A stretch of DNA of 64,000 nucleotides from Andalucia godoyi And28 (taxonomy: Eukaryota > Protista > Jakobida). A program made the position numbers and the translations under genes. The stretch is taken from positions 186,001 to 250,000 of the forward strand of contig VRVR01000012.1 of assembly GCA_009859145.1 (NCBI GenBank). The letters run 5' to 3'. The notes under the pieces were generated by a model that was given only the letters and a program-made list of their open reading frames with translations, was not told the DNA's origin and ran no database searches. This document shows positions 63,072 to 64,000 of this stretch, in pieces (the first letter of the stretch is position 1; the number at the start of each line of letters is the position of its first letter).

Positions 63072-63944
63072 TCATTTCTTGCGCAAAGAAGAAGAGTCTG
63101 CGGAATGATTGCTGATTGAGCGAACGGGGTCGAATGCAGTGCTTCGTCGTCGAATATTGGCATCACCGACTTGCTGTTGTGGCTCTGCATTGTTCGACAC
63201 CCGTACTGCTTTCGGTTGTCGCGCAGCGATCGCATCTTCGTCCGCAATGCTTGCGCTTTGTGGTACTTCCTCGCGTCCTTCTGCGTGGAGTCGCTTCAAC
63301 AGTAATCGAGACGGTGCGCTGCTCACTTTCTGTGCCTCCGACCCCTCTGATCGATGCTCAAAGCGTCTGCACTGAGCGCGAGGAGATCGACTGGGGGTTT
63401 CTGATTTTGAATCCTTTTGGACATTAGATGCCCCTGTGCTACCTTCCACGAATTCAGAATCAGCAGACCGTTGGTGGACAGAAGCGTCTAAGGTCGATTC
63501 CAGGACGTCAACTGCTGACTCGGAATCCGCAGCGACAATGCTCTTCTGCGGATACAGGCACTGTTGTTCGATGCGAAGATGGATACAACGCAAGCATGGG
63601 ATTCCCCCCGAACACCTCTTTCTACGATTTCTGCATGGAATGCATGCAACATGTCTGCGAGCTGGCGTATCCTGCATGGTGTCTCGTGATTTCGGCAAAG
63701 CATTCGGCCCAGTACGTTCTTCCGTAGCATCGGCTGCGACCGGCGCTCTGTATTCCCGATAATTTGAAGTGATTCCAGCAGCTGGATCTAAGTAGTGCTC
63801 CAGCTGTGGGCCATGATGATATGATGGAGAGTATAGGCTGTGATAGAATTGATGTGGCTCATACGTCGCAAGGGGCATATGCTGTTGTGAGAATGCTGTG
63901 ATATTTCTCGGAGACGGTCGGAGTTCCATGTTCATCATGGCCAT
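63072..63944 (-). CDS. Zn(II)2Cys6 (GAL4-type) transcription factor
   Basis: ACIPCRNRRKRCSGGIPCLRCIHLRIEQQC gives C-x2-C-x6-C-x5-C-x2-C-x8-C. Confidence 0.85.
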   Translation of the reverse strand: MAMMNMELRPSPRNITAFSQQHMPLATYEPHQFYHSLYSPSYHHGPQLEHYLDPAAGITSNYREYRAPVAADATEERTGPNALPKSRDTMQDTPARRHVACIPCRNRRKRCSGGIPCLRCIHLRIEQQCLYPQKSIVAADSESAVDVLESTLDASVHQRSADSEFVEGSTGASNVQKDSKSETPSRSPRAQCRRFEHRSEGSEAQKVSSAPSRLLLKRLHAEGREEVPQSASIADEDAIAARQPKAVRVSNNAEPQQQVGDANIRRRSTAFDPVRSISNHSADSSSLRKK

Positions 63945-64000
63945 CTCTCCGCCATTCGGAAAGTTTCGTCGAGGAGAAAAAGGTGCAGTCGGAAGACCGG

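Noticed and set aside
1-64000. tRNA, rRNA genes, telomeric repeats, or an intact transposase/Fanzor ORF
   Set aside because: None was detected by eye. A tRNAscan-SE or Rfam run would be needed to exclude divergent small RNAs.

Overview
Gene-dense, intron-poor nuclear DNA from a eukaryote. It is most likely a flagellated protist, because it carries centriolar SPICE1-like and MPHOSPH9-like genes; the taxon cannot be fixed from this window. The standard genetic code is used, introns are rare with GTAYGT donors, and the spacers are short and microsatellite-rich. About 30 protein genes can be supported, including STT3, LIG1, a TauE/SafE transporter, TRPC4AP, a sirtuin, PIG-Q, two claudin-like paralogues, an M16C peptidase, an NFRKB/DEUBAD protein, a CTP-dependent lipid kinase, a FYVE-beta-helix protein, CCDC82-like, a Myb protein, a REXO-like exonuclease, GNPTAB, THUMPD1, a tandem-GTPase-PH protein and a Zn2Cys6 factor. 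A divergent U6 snRNA gene with its TATA box lies at about 2479-2586 (minus strand). The most notable locus is about 16.8-17.7 kb, a decayed IS607/Fanzor2-type (eukaryotic TnpB, OMEGA) mobile element. It holds an IS607 TnpA-like HTH start fused to a TnpB/Fanzor zinc finger plus RuvC-III tail, a hairpin-rich candidate omegaRNA/right end, a second and more decayed TnpB-like tail, and a 139-bp structured segment bounded by TTAATTAAT repeats. No intact nuclease is present in this window. All family assignments come from motif recognition by eye and need HMM confirmation.
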